From positions 1-48,350 of the forward strand of contig JBJTDZ010000053.1 of NCBI GenBank assembly GCA_046092585.1: DNA of 48,350 nt, in the 5' to 3' direction. Below are positions 20,501 through 29,284 of the stretch, one piece after another. The number at the start of each line of letters is the position of its first letter. Positions within the stretch are counted from its first letter, which is position 1. Origin of the DNA: Pirellulales bacterium. Lineage in GTDB: Bacteria; Planctomycetota; Planctomycetia; Pirellulales; UBA1268. The translations under genes and the position numbers were made by a program. The notes below the pieces were generated by a model. It worked only from the letters and a program-made list of their open reading frames with translations. It had not been told where the DNA came from and did no database searches.

Positions 20501-21413
20501 GCGTCGCGTCGCCGCTCACGTGCCGTCCTGCGGCATCGTCGGTGACGTCGATCCGCAGGTCGGCGATGCCGTCCACCAGGTTCGCGAGTCCGAACCGCGT
20601 GGCGATCACGCTCGAACCGCCGAGGGGCAGCCGGTGGGTGGCGATCGTCACGGTGCGACTGCCATCGGCGGCGGCTGCGGGCGACGAGACGGACCAGCCC
20701 CCTTCGCGCACGAGCACCGCTGCAGCGGCCGCAGGCAGCGTCGAGCGATCGAGCCGCGCTCCCGTGGATGCGGGGGTGGCAGGGGGCGGCCCCGACGGCG
20801 GCTCCCCGCGCGGACCGTCGGAGTGCCTGAGCCGGCCGGCGGCGGTCCAGCCCGCGAGCGAGCCGTCGGGAAGGAGCGTGCCCGCCCCGATCACCTCGGA
20901 CAGCCGCCACGCATCGCGGCGAACCGTGTCGACCAGTTCGATCGTCGCCCCGACGATCTCGAGGTCCATGGCGACCGGCCGGCCGACGGTCGCGAGCCAC
21001 GGCGCCAGGATGTCTTCGAGCGAACTGCCGTCGCCCCGCACCTCGACGATCGCTTCCATGTCGGCCAGCCGCACGGCGCCGAGCGAGGCCGGATCGAGGG
21101 CCAGGCGGACGAGGCCGCGGTCAATCGCCAGCCGCGGCACCATCACCGCCGCCCTCCCGGCCCGGTCGCGGAGCACGACGTCGCGATATTCGATGCCGTC
21201 GAACCAGCCCCACGAGGCCGCGCCGCTCTCGATCGTGCCGTCGATGCCCGCAAACGCCCCGACCAGCGGCCTGTCGCGGAGGCTCGTGTGCACGAGCACC
21301 GCCGGCGCGATCCAGAGGGCCGCGCTGGCAACTGCGAGCATGCCGAGCACGGCCACCGCGACGCGGCGCCCGCTCCTGTTCACCGCTCCACGACGCGAAT
21401 GACGCCTCGCCAT
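17547..21413 (-). CDS. Large AsmA-like envelope protein with an N-terminal membrane anchor
   Basis: One N-terminal hydrophobic helix, beta-rich amphipathic body, C-terminal GSVGEDGSLD...VPLKGTVQKPQFD typical of AsmA-like C-termini; TATACT 7 nt upstream. Confidence 0.7.
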   Translation of the reverse strand: MARRHSRRGAVNRSGRRVAVAVLGMLAVASAALWIAPAVLVHTSLRDRPLVGAFAGIDGTIESGAASWGWFDGIEYRDVVLRDRAGRAAVMVPRLAIDRGLVRLALDPASLGAVRLADMEAIVEVRGDGSSLEDILAPWLATVGRPVAMDLEIVGATIELVDTVRRDAWRLSEVIGAGTLLPDGSLAGWTAAGRLRHSDGPRGEPPSGPPPATPASTGARLDRSTLPAAAAAVLVREGGWSVSSPAAAADGSRTVTIATHRLPLGGSSVIATRFGLANLVDGIADLRIDVTDDAAGRHVSGDATLEQFAVCAASDLTERFAVERVTMPFDVSLRGDGVAVRRFAASSPAFQAEASGMLRLPGDDLRDWVEHLAGDDFSASVDVDLAAAARALPGGLAVRPDVRVTGGSLRLAAAARPDGGERVIEVRATVRDLAAVQAAVAEAPAGGDAPAVAERQLAWPEPFAAWLRGRRSAGRDSRLVVEEARIVSQAIEVSASGTPAAFGVQWTADVGGLVDGLAGVLDLGPATGRGRSRGRIDVTADPVAGGQTATVAASLTDIDLVLPGRPTWRDTDLAIEAEAMGAFTTGAAAVEQARVLVAAGDDRLEASLAGGAVVDVAAVVGLAAAAVPAVRPAANATSVVVECSLRGELASWHPRLAVVWPALAAAGLELSGRITASTSVAPQGDGWQWQRAGAEVEKFVARWQGREIAEPRVVVTSAGRIDAASGRVDLSAAEILSTSLSLRTGGGSWLPPRPSDGGVIDRLRGRMQWQADVGRVERWFVPGDVATRWPVTGRGWGTVEIVDTQAGLNVLVEATGSQLALAAGGSPPRSLWAEPRLVGVVEVTRPRAAGGGLVDRIVVDRLAVESSTLAVAARGRVDDWATRRMLELDGTVTYDWQQVMRLMTPWVGDRVRLAGAVGRPFALRGPLGVDARPGVAASPAASSPQATLPLPDDWLAATRGTDPQPQVTATVVRASGSVVDDRLRSFAIDTSAAWTTAEIEGLPVAAGEVAVRLLEGQLALGPLDLSVSGGRIRGAPWLRLVPAPGELIIPPGRVVERVPLAGGLGSRFANCLSPVLGHSTTISGAVTADLAGARLPLGDAFGGELAGQVLFEGVEVAPAPAVQPLANLIVKLQSVVDPRFAFGDKAVLMRVRPEPVRVRLAGRRLAHEGLVMDTGQLVVTSQGSVGEDGSLDMRLEVSLRGDLVGRTPVLGQLFRTPLVVPLKGTVQKPQFDAAALDAILGRIVENTAEAVIKDGIGRGLEAVFGQPPPAAPDPAAPASTPLALPPQR

Positions 21414-21437
21414 GCGGCGAAGTATAGGAGTGGGCCG

Positions 21438-22127
21438 TCAGGGCCGCGAAGGCGGGATTCCTGCCGCTTCGAGCCGCGTCATGTCGGCGGGCGTGTCGAG
21501 ATCGAGGAACGACGTGAGTCCCGGGTCGATGTCGGCGAACTCGGCGGCAGCGACGAGCCGCACCGGGGCGGCCTCGGCCAGCAGGTCGGCAAGCACCCGC
21601 CGCGGGCCGTGCCCCGCGGCGGCGGACGCCGACAGTACGGGGAGCAGGCCGCACTCGATCACCGACACGAGCACCTGCGGATGCCCGGCGACGACCGGCA
21701 CCACGACACGGGCCCGCGACTCTCCAGCGATCGCGAGCAACCGGGCGACGACCGCGGGGGCGAGCAGCGGCACGTCGCACGACGCCACGAAGGCCAGCCG
21801 CGGCGGATTCGGCCCCGCAGCCACGTGCGTCAGGCCATCGCAGAGGCCGGCCAGAGGGCCGCCGGCCGGCCGCCTGTCGCGGACCACCTCCACGCCGTCC
21901 GGAAGTGCAGGAAGAGGCTGGCCTGCGGCGGCCACGACCACCACCCGGGGCACGATCGTGGCCACGGCCCGGCAGACGCGGACCAGGCACGGTTGGCCCG
22001 CGACGGGCAGCGCCGCCTTCCCGCCGGGGCCGAGCCCGAGCGCCGCAAGCCGTGTCGAACCGCCACCGGCCAGAACGATCGCCACCGCCGCGGCCTGGCC
22101 TTCGGCAACGAGATTGTTTCCTGCCAC
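21438..22127 (-). CDS. mobA: Molybdenum cofactor guanylyltransferase (MobA-like)
   Basis: IVLAGGGSTRL, K, GGPLAGL, SCDVP and DLDTPAD motifs; GTG start inferred. Confidence 0.8.
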   Translation of the reverse strand: MAGNNLVAEGQAAAVAIVLAGGGSTRLAALGLGPGGKAALPVAGQPCLVRVCRAVATIVPRVVVVAAAGQPLPALPDGVEVVRDRRPAGGPLAGLCDGLTHVAAGPNPPRLAFVASCDVPLLAPAVVARLLAIAGESRARVVVPVVAGHPQVLVSVIECGLLPVLSASAAAGHGPRRVLADLLAEAAPVRLVAAAEFADIDPGLTSFLDLDTPADMTRLEAAGIPPSRP

Positions 22128-22336
22128 TCCACCATTCTCCCGCACGGCACCGCCTGGTTCACGATACCGTCGGCGTGTCCTTCACGCCGCAGCCGCCGCG
22201 GAGCCGGCGGTTTTGCCCGCGGCTGCGGCACCACGAACGATGGCGGGGCACAGGCGGCAGGTGCCGCTGCACCGTTCCCGGCAGCCCCGGATGCCATCTC
22301 GTGACCGCCCGAGCGCATCGGGCCGGGGAGGCGACG

Positions 22337-23575
22337 ATGGTCGAGCGTGGCTGCGTGTCGATGGAGCATCTCTCGCTCGAGGCGGTGCGGACGCTTCTCG
22401 CGCCGCAGACCGCTCCGTGCCTCTCGCTCTACCTGCCGACCCATCGCACCGTGCCCGACAACACCGTCGACCGGCAGTCGTTCGGGCATCTGGTTGACGG
22501 CTTCGAGATGGCGCTCTCCGCCACGCGGCCGCGGCACGAGATCGAGCGGTTGCTGCGCCCCTTCCACGTGCTCGCCGACGACGTGCAGTTCTGGCAGCAC
22601 ACCCGCGACGGCCTCGCGGTGCTGGCGAGCGACGGACTGGCCCGGGTCTTTCTGCTGCAGCGGCCGGTCAGGCCGCTGGCGGTGGTGACCGGCCGGTTTC
22701 ACCTGATGCCGCTGGTGCGGCTGGCCTCGGCCCTGGAGCGGTGCCATGTGCTCGCGGTGACCAGCCGGGAGGCGCGTCTCTACGAGGGGACGCTCTGGCG
22801 GGATGCCGACGGCTCGGCCCTCGACCGGATCGACCCCGTCGAGCTGGTGCCGGCGCCGGGGTCTGCGCCCACATCACGACTCACCCGCGGCGACGTGATC
22901 GACGAGGAGACCTTCCAGCCCCATCGCGTGGAGCGGGGCCTCGGGCCCGCCGGCCTGGCGGGCACGACGGCCGTGCATGGCGGCGCGGGTTCGAAGCACG
23001 ACGACGTCGATGCCGACACCGAGATCTTCCTGCGGCACGTCGACACGGTCGTGTGGGAGCAGGTCTCGCGGACGACCGGCCTGCCGCTGATCCTGGTCGC
23101 CGGCCCGCGGGTGGCAGCCACGTTTCGCGGCCTGTCGAAGAACGACTTGTTGCTCGAGGGGCACGTGTCCAAGGATCCCCACCTGCTGACCCGCGACGAA
23201 CTCGCGGCGGCCGCCAGCCCGGTGCTCGCCGCGGCGGTCGCCGGGCGGATCGCCGGCGAGGTGCGGGCCTTCGCGCAGGCCCGCGACCGCGATCTCGCGG
23301 CGGGCGACCTGGCCGACATCGGCCGGGCGGCGGTGGCCGGCCGCGTGGCCACGCTGCTCATTGAATCCGACCGGTTCGAGGCGGGCCGCTTCGACCGGTC
23401 GACCGGGGCCGTGGAGTACGACGGCGAGCCGCCGGCGCGCAGCGGCGCCCACACCCGGGAGGACGTCTTCGGCGCTGTCGCCGAAACGGTGCTCGCCCAC
23501 GGCGGCACGATCATCCCCCTGGCCCGCAACGACATGCCGACCGAATCGGGCGTCGCGGCGATCTACCGCTACTGA
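22337..23575 (+). CDS. Bacterial archaeo-eukaryotic release factor family protein (baeRF3-like; Balon-like candidate)
   Basis: PCLSLYLPTHR, GLAVLAS, FHLMPLVR, LPLILVA, AAVAGRVATLLIE and VLAHGG...GVAAIYRY; no GGQ; start at 22337 or 22361. Confidence 0.8.
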   Translation: MVERGCVSMEHLSLEAVRTLLAPQTAPCLSLYLPTHRTVPDNTVDRQSFGHLVDGFEMALSATRPRHEIERLLRPFHVLADDVQFWQHTRDGLAVLASDGLARVFLLQRPVRPLAVVTGRFHLMPLVRLASALERCHVLAVTSREARLYEGTLWRDADGSALDRIDPVELVPAPGSAPTSRLTRGDVIDEETFQPHRVERGLGPAGLAGTTAVHGGAGSKHDDVDADTEIFLRHVDTVVWEQVSRTTGLPLILVAGPRVAATFRGLSKNDLLLEGHVSKDPHLLTRDELAAAASPVLAAAVAGRIAGEVRAFAQARDRDLAAGDLADIGRAAVAGRVATLLIESDRFEAGRFDRSTGAVEYDGEPPARSGAHTREDVFGAVAETVLAHGGTIIPLARNDMPTESGVAAIYRY

Positions 23576-23644
23576 CCGCTGCCGACTTCCGCCACCCCCG
23601 AGCCGGCGACCCACCGATCGTCGACGCGGTCTACACTCGGCTGC

Positions 23645-24796
23645 ATGGACACCCCTGATCCGCTGTTCGCCACGAGCCCAGACCGCCACGGCACGGGATC
23701 CGAGAAGTGGGATCGCTACACGGGCCGCGATGTGATCCCCGTGTGGGTGGCCGACATGGATTTCGCGGCGCCGGCCGAGGTGCTGGCGGCGATCCACGAG
23801 CGGGTCGACCACGGCGTGTTCGGCTACACGCACGAGCCGCCGGGATTCTGCGAGTCGCTTGCGGCGCACCTCCGGCGCCGCCACGGCTGGGACGTCGAGC
23901 CCACGCGGATCGTCGCCACGCCCGGGGTGGTCACGGGGCTGGCGATCACGGCCCGACTGCTGGCGGAACCCGACGACGGCATCCTCACGTTCACGCCGGT
24001 CTATCCGCCGTTTCTCACGCTGCCGGGGCTCGCCGGCAGGCGGTGCGTCCGCGTGCCGCTCGTGCAGGAGGCGGCGCGGTGGGCGATCGACTGGGGCGCC
24101 CTCGAGGCGGCCGCCGGGCCCTCGTGCAAACTCTTCTGGCTCTGCCATCCTCACAATCCCACGGGCACGGTCTTCAGTCGTGTCGATCTTCTCAAGCTCG
24201 CCGAGTTCGCAAGCCGCCACGGTCTGACGGTGGTGAGCGACGAGATCTGGAGCGATCTGCTCCTTGATGACGAGCACGGAGGCCCGCGGCACATCCCCTT
24301 TGCAAGCCTCGACCATCCGGCGGCCCGTGCGGCGATCACCCTCGTCGCCCCGTCGAAGACCTGGAACCTCGCGGGGCTGGGCTGCGCAGCCTCGATCCTG
24401 CCCGATGCCGCGCTCGGCCGCCGCTGGCGGATCGCGGGCGGTGGCCTCGTGCCGATGGTCAATCCGCTCGGCTACGCGGCGGCGATCGCCGCCTGGGACC
24501 ACGGCGACCCGTGGCGGCGGCGGCTCGTCGACCTCGTGCGCCGGCATCGCACGCTCGTGCAGGAGGCCGTGACGGCGATCCCCGGGCTCTCCTGCGCGCC
24601 AGCCGAGGCAACGTATCTCGCCTGGATCGACTGCCGGGGCACGGGCATCGCGGATCCGCAGGCGGCCTGCGAGGCGGCGGGCCTGGGTCCATCGGACGGC
24701 CGCGAGTTCGGCGCGCCGGGGTTCATCCGCGTCAACACCGCCTGCCCCACCGACCGGCTCTCCGAAGTTCTCGCCAGGCTGACGCGGGCGTTTTAG
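23645..24796 (+). CDS. MalY/PatB family PLP-dependent C-S lyase (cystathionine beta-lyase-like)
   Basis: SEKWD, PVWVADMDF, GVFGY, CHPHNPTG, SDEIWSDL, APSKTWNLAG and TYLAWID motifs. Confidence 0.92.
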   Translation: MDTPDPLFATSPDRHGTGSEKWDRYTGRDVIPVWVADMDFAAPAEVLAAIHERVDHGVFGYTHEPPGFCESLAAHLRRRHGWDVEPTRIVATPGVVTGLAITARLLAEPDDGILTFTPVYPPFLTLPGLAGRRCVRVPLVQEAARWAIDWGALEAAAGPSCKLFWLCHPHNPTGTVFSRVDLLKLAEFASRHGLTVVSDEIWSDLLLDDEHGGPRHIPFASLDHPAARAAITLVAPSKTWNLAGLGCAASILPDAALGRRWRIAGGGLVPMVNPLGYAAAIAAWDHGDPWRRRLVDLVRRHRTLVQEAVTAIPGLSCAPAEATYLAWIDCRGTGIADPQAACEAAGLGPSDGREFGAPGFIRVNTACPTDRLSEVLARLTRAF

Positions 24797-27151
24797 TCGG
24801 CTCGGCGGTCGATCAAGGCTACCGCTACGCGATCAACCTTCCCTGCGACTGGCTGATCGTGACATCGATGCGGGCAATCCGCCTCTACTCGAAATCAGCC
24901 GACCAGCACAGCTACGAGGCCTTCGACACCGAGGCCGTGGCCCGCGACGAGTCCACACTCAAGCGATTCGTGTTTCTGCTCGGCGCCGACCGCATCGTGC
25001 CGGAGTCGGGCATCTGCCATCTGGCGGGCTTGCTGGCCGAGTCGGAGCGCGTGGGCCGGGAGCTCACACGCACCTTTTACGACGCCCATGCCGGCATGCG
25101 GCTCGACATGTTTCGCCGGCTCGTGGCCGACAATCCGGGCGTGCCGCGGGCCGCGCTCATCGGATTCACGCAGCGGATCCTCGACCGCGTGCTCTTCTGT
25201 GCCTTCTGCGAAGACCGCGGCCTCTTGCCGGTCGACACGCTCAAGAAGGCCTACGAGCATGCCGACCCCTATCACCCGCGGCCCATCTGGGGGAATTTCC
25301 GGGGGCTGTTCGCGGCCGTGAACCACGGCAATGCGGCGCTCGGCATCCACGCCTACAACGGCGGCCTGTTCGCCGACAACGATCCGGAGTTCGAGTCGCT
25401 CGTCGTGTCCGACGAGGTGTGCAGCCATTTCCGGGATCTCGGCAGCTACGACTACCGCGACGCCGCGGCGGCGGCCCTGGCCGAGACGGGCCGTTCGCTG
25501 ATCGACGTCGACATCCTCGGCCACATCTTCGAGCAGTCGATCGCCGATCTGGAAAAGCTCCGCGATGACACCGCCACGCCCGTGGCCGAGTCCGCGGCCA
25601 CGAAGAAGGCCAGCCGGCGGAAGAGCGAGGGCGTGTTCTATACGCCGTCGTTCGTCACCCGCTCCATCGTGGAGCAGGCGCTGGGCGGCGTGGTGGCCGA
25701 ACGGTTCGAGGCCCTGCGGAAGACGCGGGAGGCCGAAGCACGAGGAGCCGCAAAAGCGGCGCTCGCCGAGCCAGCCATGTATCGGCTCGACGCGCTCAAG
25801 CCTCCGGCCCGGACGGCGCTCGTGGAGTTTTGGGAGGCGTGGCAGGACGACTTGGCGACCGTGCGGCTGCTCGACCCGGCCTGCGGCTCGGGGGCATTTT
25901 TGATCGAGGCCTTCGATCAGCTGCATGCCACCTATCAGGCGAGTAACGACCGGCTGCAGGAGCTGCGGGGCCACCGCTCGCTCTTCGATCTCGACAAGCG
26001 AATCCTGGAACACAACCTCTATGGCGTCGATCTCAACGAGGAGGCGGTCGAGATCTGCCGCTTGAGCCTGTGGATCAAGACGGCCTCTCGTGGCAAAGCC
26101 CTCACGAGCCTCGATCACACGATCCGGGCGGGCAACAGCATCGTGGCCGAGCCGAGCATCCACCCGCGGGCCTTCGACTGGCAGGCGGCGTTTCCGCAGG
26201 TGTTTGCGGCTGGCGGCTTCGACGTGGTGGTGGGTAATCCGCCCTACGTGCGGCAGGAGCTGCTCGGAGCCATCAAGCCGTATCTCGAGGAGCACTACGC
26301 CGCCTATCACGGCATGGCGGATCTCTACGTCTATTTCTACGAGCTGGGGCTGAACGTTCTGAAGCCGGGCGGCCTGCTCTCGTTCATCGTCACCAACAAG
26401 TGGATGAAGGCGGGCTACGGCGAGCCGCTGCGGACGCTGTTGGCGGACACCTCGTGGATCGAGTCGGTCGTGGACTTCGGCAACGCCAAGCAGATCTTCG
26501 AGGATGCCGACGTGTTTCCGTCGATCATCGTGGCCCGCAAGCCCGCGGCGCAGCAGGCGGCACAGCCGAAGACGGCCCGGCTGTGCTCGATTCCGCGGGA
26601 GCAGCTGCGGATCGACGACCTCTCACGGCAGATCGCCGAGCAGGGCACGGCCCTGCCGCTGGAGCAGCTCTCCAGTGCCGCGTGGCAGCTGGAGCCGGGC
26701 GGGGTGGCGGGGCTGTTGAACAGCGAGCCGTCGGACGAGATTCGCACGGGCATCGCGGCTCGCGTCGAACGGCTGCTGGCGATCACGGCCTCCCAGCACG
26801 ACACCGCCCGCACGTTCCTCGACTGGCTGAAGGTCGAGCACGCGATCGACAAGCCGACGCAGCGGCTGCAGGGTTTCGTCGAGCTTGATTCCGACGGCTT
26901 CGTCGCCGAAATCAAAAAAGATCCGCGGTCGGAAAAACCCGCTCTCGGCCGCCGCCGTGAAGCACCTGCGCGATGAATTTGCCCGGTCGGTCGAGCCCGC
27001 GCAGGCCCTGGCCCGCGAGGCCGTGGAGGCGGAGCACGCCGTGAGCGATCTCGTGAACGCCGCCTACGGCCTCACGCCCGACGAGATCGACCTGATGTGG
27101 GCCACCGCCCCGCCACGAATGCCCGTGGCCCGCCCCCCGGCAAGCGGCTGA
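24797..27151 (+). pseudogene. Degraded type IIG (Eco57I-like) restriction-modification gene: nuclease N-terminus missing, TRD deleted, frameshift near 26914-26919
   Basis: Starts abruptly at SAVDQGYRYA right after the patB stop; FCEDRGLL, YNGGLF, ILGHIFEQS, GVFYTP, LDPACGSGAFL, GVDLN and VGNPPY are intact; C-terminal AYGLTPDEI helix lies in the +1 frame. Confidence 0.8.
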
Positions 27152-27243
27152 TTCCCGATGCCTGCGGCGAAAAACTCACGACACCGACGCCGGCTGCCGA
27201 TTTTCTGGTTGCCCGGGCTCTCATTCGCATGGAGAGTTCGATC

Positions 27244-27305
27244 AACACACCCGTCGCACCGCTCCCTTCCCCGGAAGGTGACGTGCATCAAGGACGGGTT
27301 TTTTT
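27244..27305 (+). ncRNA. Candidate abiF-like structured RNA (antitoxin or leader) ending in a U-tract
   Basis: Nested stems ACCCGTC(27249-55)/GACGGGT(27293-99), GCAC(27256-59)/GTGC(27283-86) and CCTTC/GAAGG; T7 at 27299-27305; directly upstream of an Abi fragment. Confidence 0.55.
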
Positions 27306-27334
27306 ATGCGCCGACTCTAGCGCGGCGGGGTGCC

Positions 27335-27591
27335 ATGCGCCTCCACCATTTCGGCCAGCCCTGCCGAAGGGCAAAGACTGGCTCCCGCCGGGTGTGCCGG
27401 GCAATGATCGCCTGTTTGCTTCGCTCCTGCTGCAGTACCAACTGATGAAACGGTGCCCCGGCGTCGCCACAGCCTGCGACGCATGGCGACGCCGCGTGAT
27501 CGCTCACCTGGATGCGCCGCCCCCGGTCGCCAACGCCCACCTGGCGATGGGCATGCCGCCCACCTGGAAGACCCATCCCCTGTGGGAGTGA
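27335..27591 (+). pseudogene. C-terminal remnant of an Abi_2 (AbiD/AbiF) family abortive-infection protein
   Basis: RPALPK...NDRLFASLLL...WRRRV...MGMPPTWKTHPLW resembles the family C-terminal MGFPxxW...PLW; no HEPN RxxxxH motif and no in-frame start after the RNA. Confidence 0.65.
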
Positions 27592-27606
27592 GCATGACGC
27601 TGCGCA

Positions 27607-29175
27607 TCACCCCCTCGTCCACGAGCCGTCGATGAACCGCCACGGCGAGCCCGCGGGCCCCGCGTCGCGCACGATCTCCGGCAGGCGGTTCTCCGTCCAG
27701 CCGTCGTAGCAGACCCGGCGGGCGAAGCGGAGCATCGTCCACGGAAAGCCGACCGCCGAGAAGAACGGCGGCCCCGCCGAAGGCCACGGGCCGCCGTGCT
27801 GCATCGAGGGCACCACGGCGAGCCCGGTGGGCATCCGGTTTTCAATGACGCGGCCGGCACGGTCCACGAGCAACGGCACCGTCGCAGTGAACGCGGCGTC
27901 GTCGCGGCCGTTCTTGGCCGCGTAGAGGCTCGCGCCGAGCGACCCGTGCACGCAGCCAAGGCCGCAGTGCAGCTCCTCGAGCGACTCGCAGACCACAAGC
28001 ACCGTCGCATTGCCGAAGGCTTCGACGACGAGGTCCGCGGGCCGCGCGAGAAGCTCGCGGGCCGACACCTCGAGGAGCACCGGCACGTGGCTCGCCGGCC
28101 CCGCGGCCGCGGCCGTGCCCGCCAGCACCCGCGCGCCGGCTCGCTCGAGCCTGCCGATCGACGCCACGAGCCGCTCACAGCCCGCCGGACCGAGCAGCAC
28201 CTGCGGACCGATCGCGGCAAACTTCTCCGCAAGCGTTGCCACGAAGGACTGCCCTGCCGCATCACCCACGAGAAACACCAGGCCCGGCTTCGTGCAGAAC
28301 TGGCCCGCCGAGCCGGTCACGCTCGCGGTGAGTTCGTCGGCGATCGCGGCGGCCCGTTCGGCGAGGGCACCCGGCAGGAGCACCACAGGGTTCACGCTTC
28401 CCATCTCCACCCAGATCACGCGGCCGGCGGCGCTGGCGGCACGGAAGAGCGTTTCCCCGGCGGCCTGGCTGCCGGTGAAGCCGGTCGCCCCCACGCGGGT
28501 ATCGGCCACGAGCCGCTCGCCGTCGGGCGGCTCGAGCCCGTGGAGCAGCTGCACGGTGGCGGCGGGCAGGCCGGCCTCACGCAGGGCCGCGACCGCCTCC
28601 TCGGCGGCGAGCCGGGAGACCGCCGGATGTCCCTCGTGGGCCTTGGCGATCACGGGGTTGCCGGCGGCGATCGCCGCGGCGAAGTCGCCGCCGGTGACGG
28701 CGCCGTAGGCGAAGGGAAAGTTGGCCGGTGGAAAGACCACGACGGGCCCGAGGCCGATGGCGGCGGCGCGGATGTTTTTGGCCCGGTCGATCATCGCCAT
28801 CCGCCAGGTGCCCTCGCGGGCACTGGCGGCGGCCTGGCGCAGCTGGTCGAGCATGCGCGGCATCTCCACGTCGGCGAGCCGGGGCTCCTTCGGCAGGCCC
28901 GTCTCCGCATGGGCCACGGCCACGAGCTCCCCGGCGCGGGCCTCGAGCCGCGTGGCATAGCGCTCGAGGAACTCGGCCAGGGCGGCCGCGGGCAGCCGGG
29001 CGAGTTCACGCCCCGCGGCCGTCGCCGCCTCGAGCGCCGCCTCCACGTCGCTCCAGCCGCTCACCGGCCATTCCCGGTCGAGCCGCGTGCCCGACGCCGG
29101 AACGATCGCCCGGTAGGTGCGGGTGGCGGCGGCCTGTCTCCAGCCGCCGGCAACGAGGATCGGTTCGACGGGCAT
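27607..29175 (-). CDS. NADP-dependent aldehyde dehydrogenase (2,5-dioxovalerate/KGSA dehydrogenase-like)
   Basis: NFPFAY, GGDFAAAIAAGNPVIAKAH, GFTGS, EMGSVNP, GQFCTKPG and PTGLAV...HGGPWP motifs. Confidence 0.88.
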   Translation of the reverse strand: MPVEPILVAGGWRQAAATRTYRAIVPASGTRLDREWPVSGWSDVEAALEAATAAGRELARLPAAALAEFLERYATRLEARAGELVAVAHAETGLPKEPRLADVEMPRMLDQLRQAAASAREGTWRMAMIDRAKNIRAAAIGLGPVVVFPPANFPFAYGAVTGGDFAAAIAAGNPVIAKAHEGHPAVSRLAAEEAVAALREAGLPAATVQLLHGLEPPDGERLVADTRVGATGFTGSQAAGETLFRAASAAGRVIWVEMGSVNPVVLLPGALAERAAAIADELTASVTGSAGQFCTKPGLVFLVGDAAGQSFVATLAEKFAAIGPQVLLGPAGCERLVASIGRLERAGARVLAGTAAAAGPASHVPVLLEVSARELLARPADLVVEAFGNATVLVVCESLEELHCGLGCVHGSLGASLYAAKNGRDDAAFTATVPLLVDRAGRVIENRMPTGLAVVPSMQHGGPWPSAGPPFFSAVGFPWTMLRFARRVCYDGWTENRLPEIVRDAGPAGSPWRFIDGSWTRG

Positions 29176-29284
29176 CGGCCTGGCGCCACGGGTGTCGGAG
29201 TCGAGACCGGGGAGTCTACCCGGCACATCGCCTTGCGACCGCCGGCCAAACCGCGACAATCACGGCCCCTTCCAGGAGCGCTGC

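Noticed and set aside
17541-22304. 1587-aa plus-strand ORF and other long overlapping ORFs (e.g. 1249-3270, 44334-47018, 30923-33661, and the upstream part of 12019-15342)
   Set aside because: Antisense or alternate-frame shadows of recognizable genes. They give Arg/Gly/Pro-rich translations without motifs, as expected in very GC-rich DNA.
24511-24796. Apparent N-terminal extension of the R-M ORF overlapping patB
   Set aside because: Off-frame read of the patB 3' end; R-M-like sequence begins only after the patB stop.
26914-26920. AAAAAAG as a programmed -1 ribosomal frameshift site
   Set aside because: The upstream frame reads AAA AAA G and rejoining needs a +1 shift, so the canonical A_AAA_AAG -1 geometry does not apply.
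27097-27334. 5' half of the 164-aa ORF 27097-27591 as real coding sequence
   Set aside because: It runs through the R-M tail, a promoter-like region and the hairpin/T-tract; only the last ~80 codons look protein-like.
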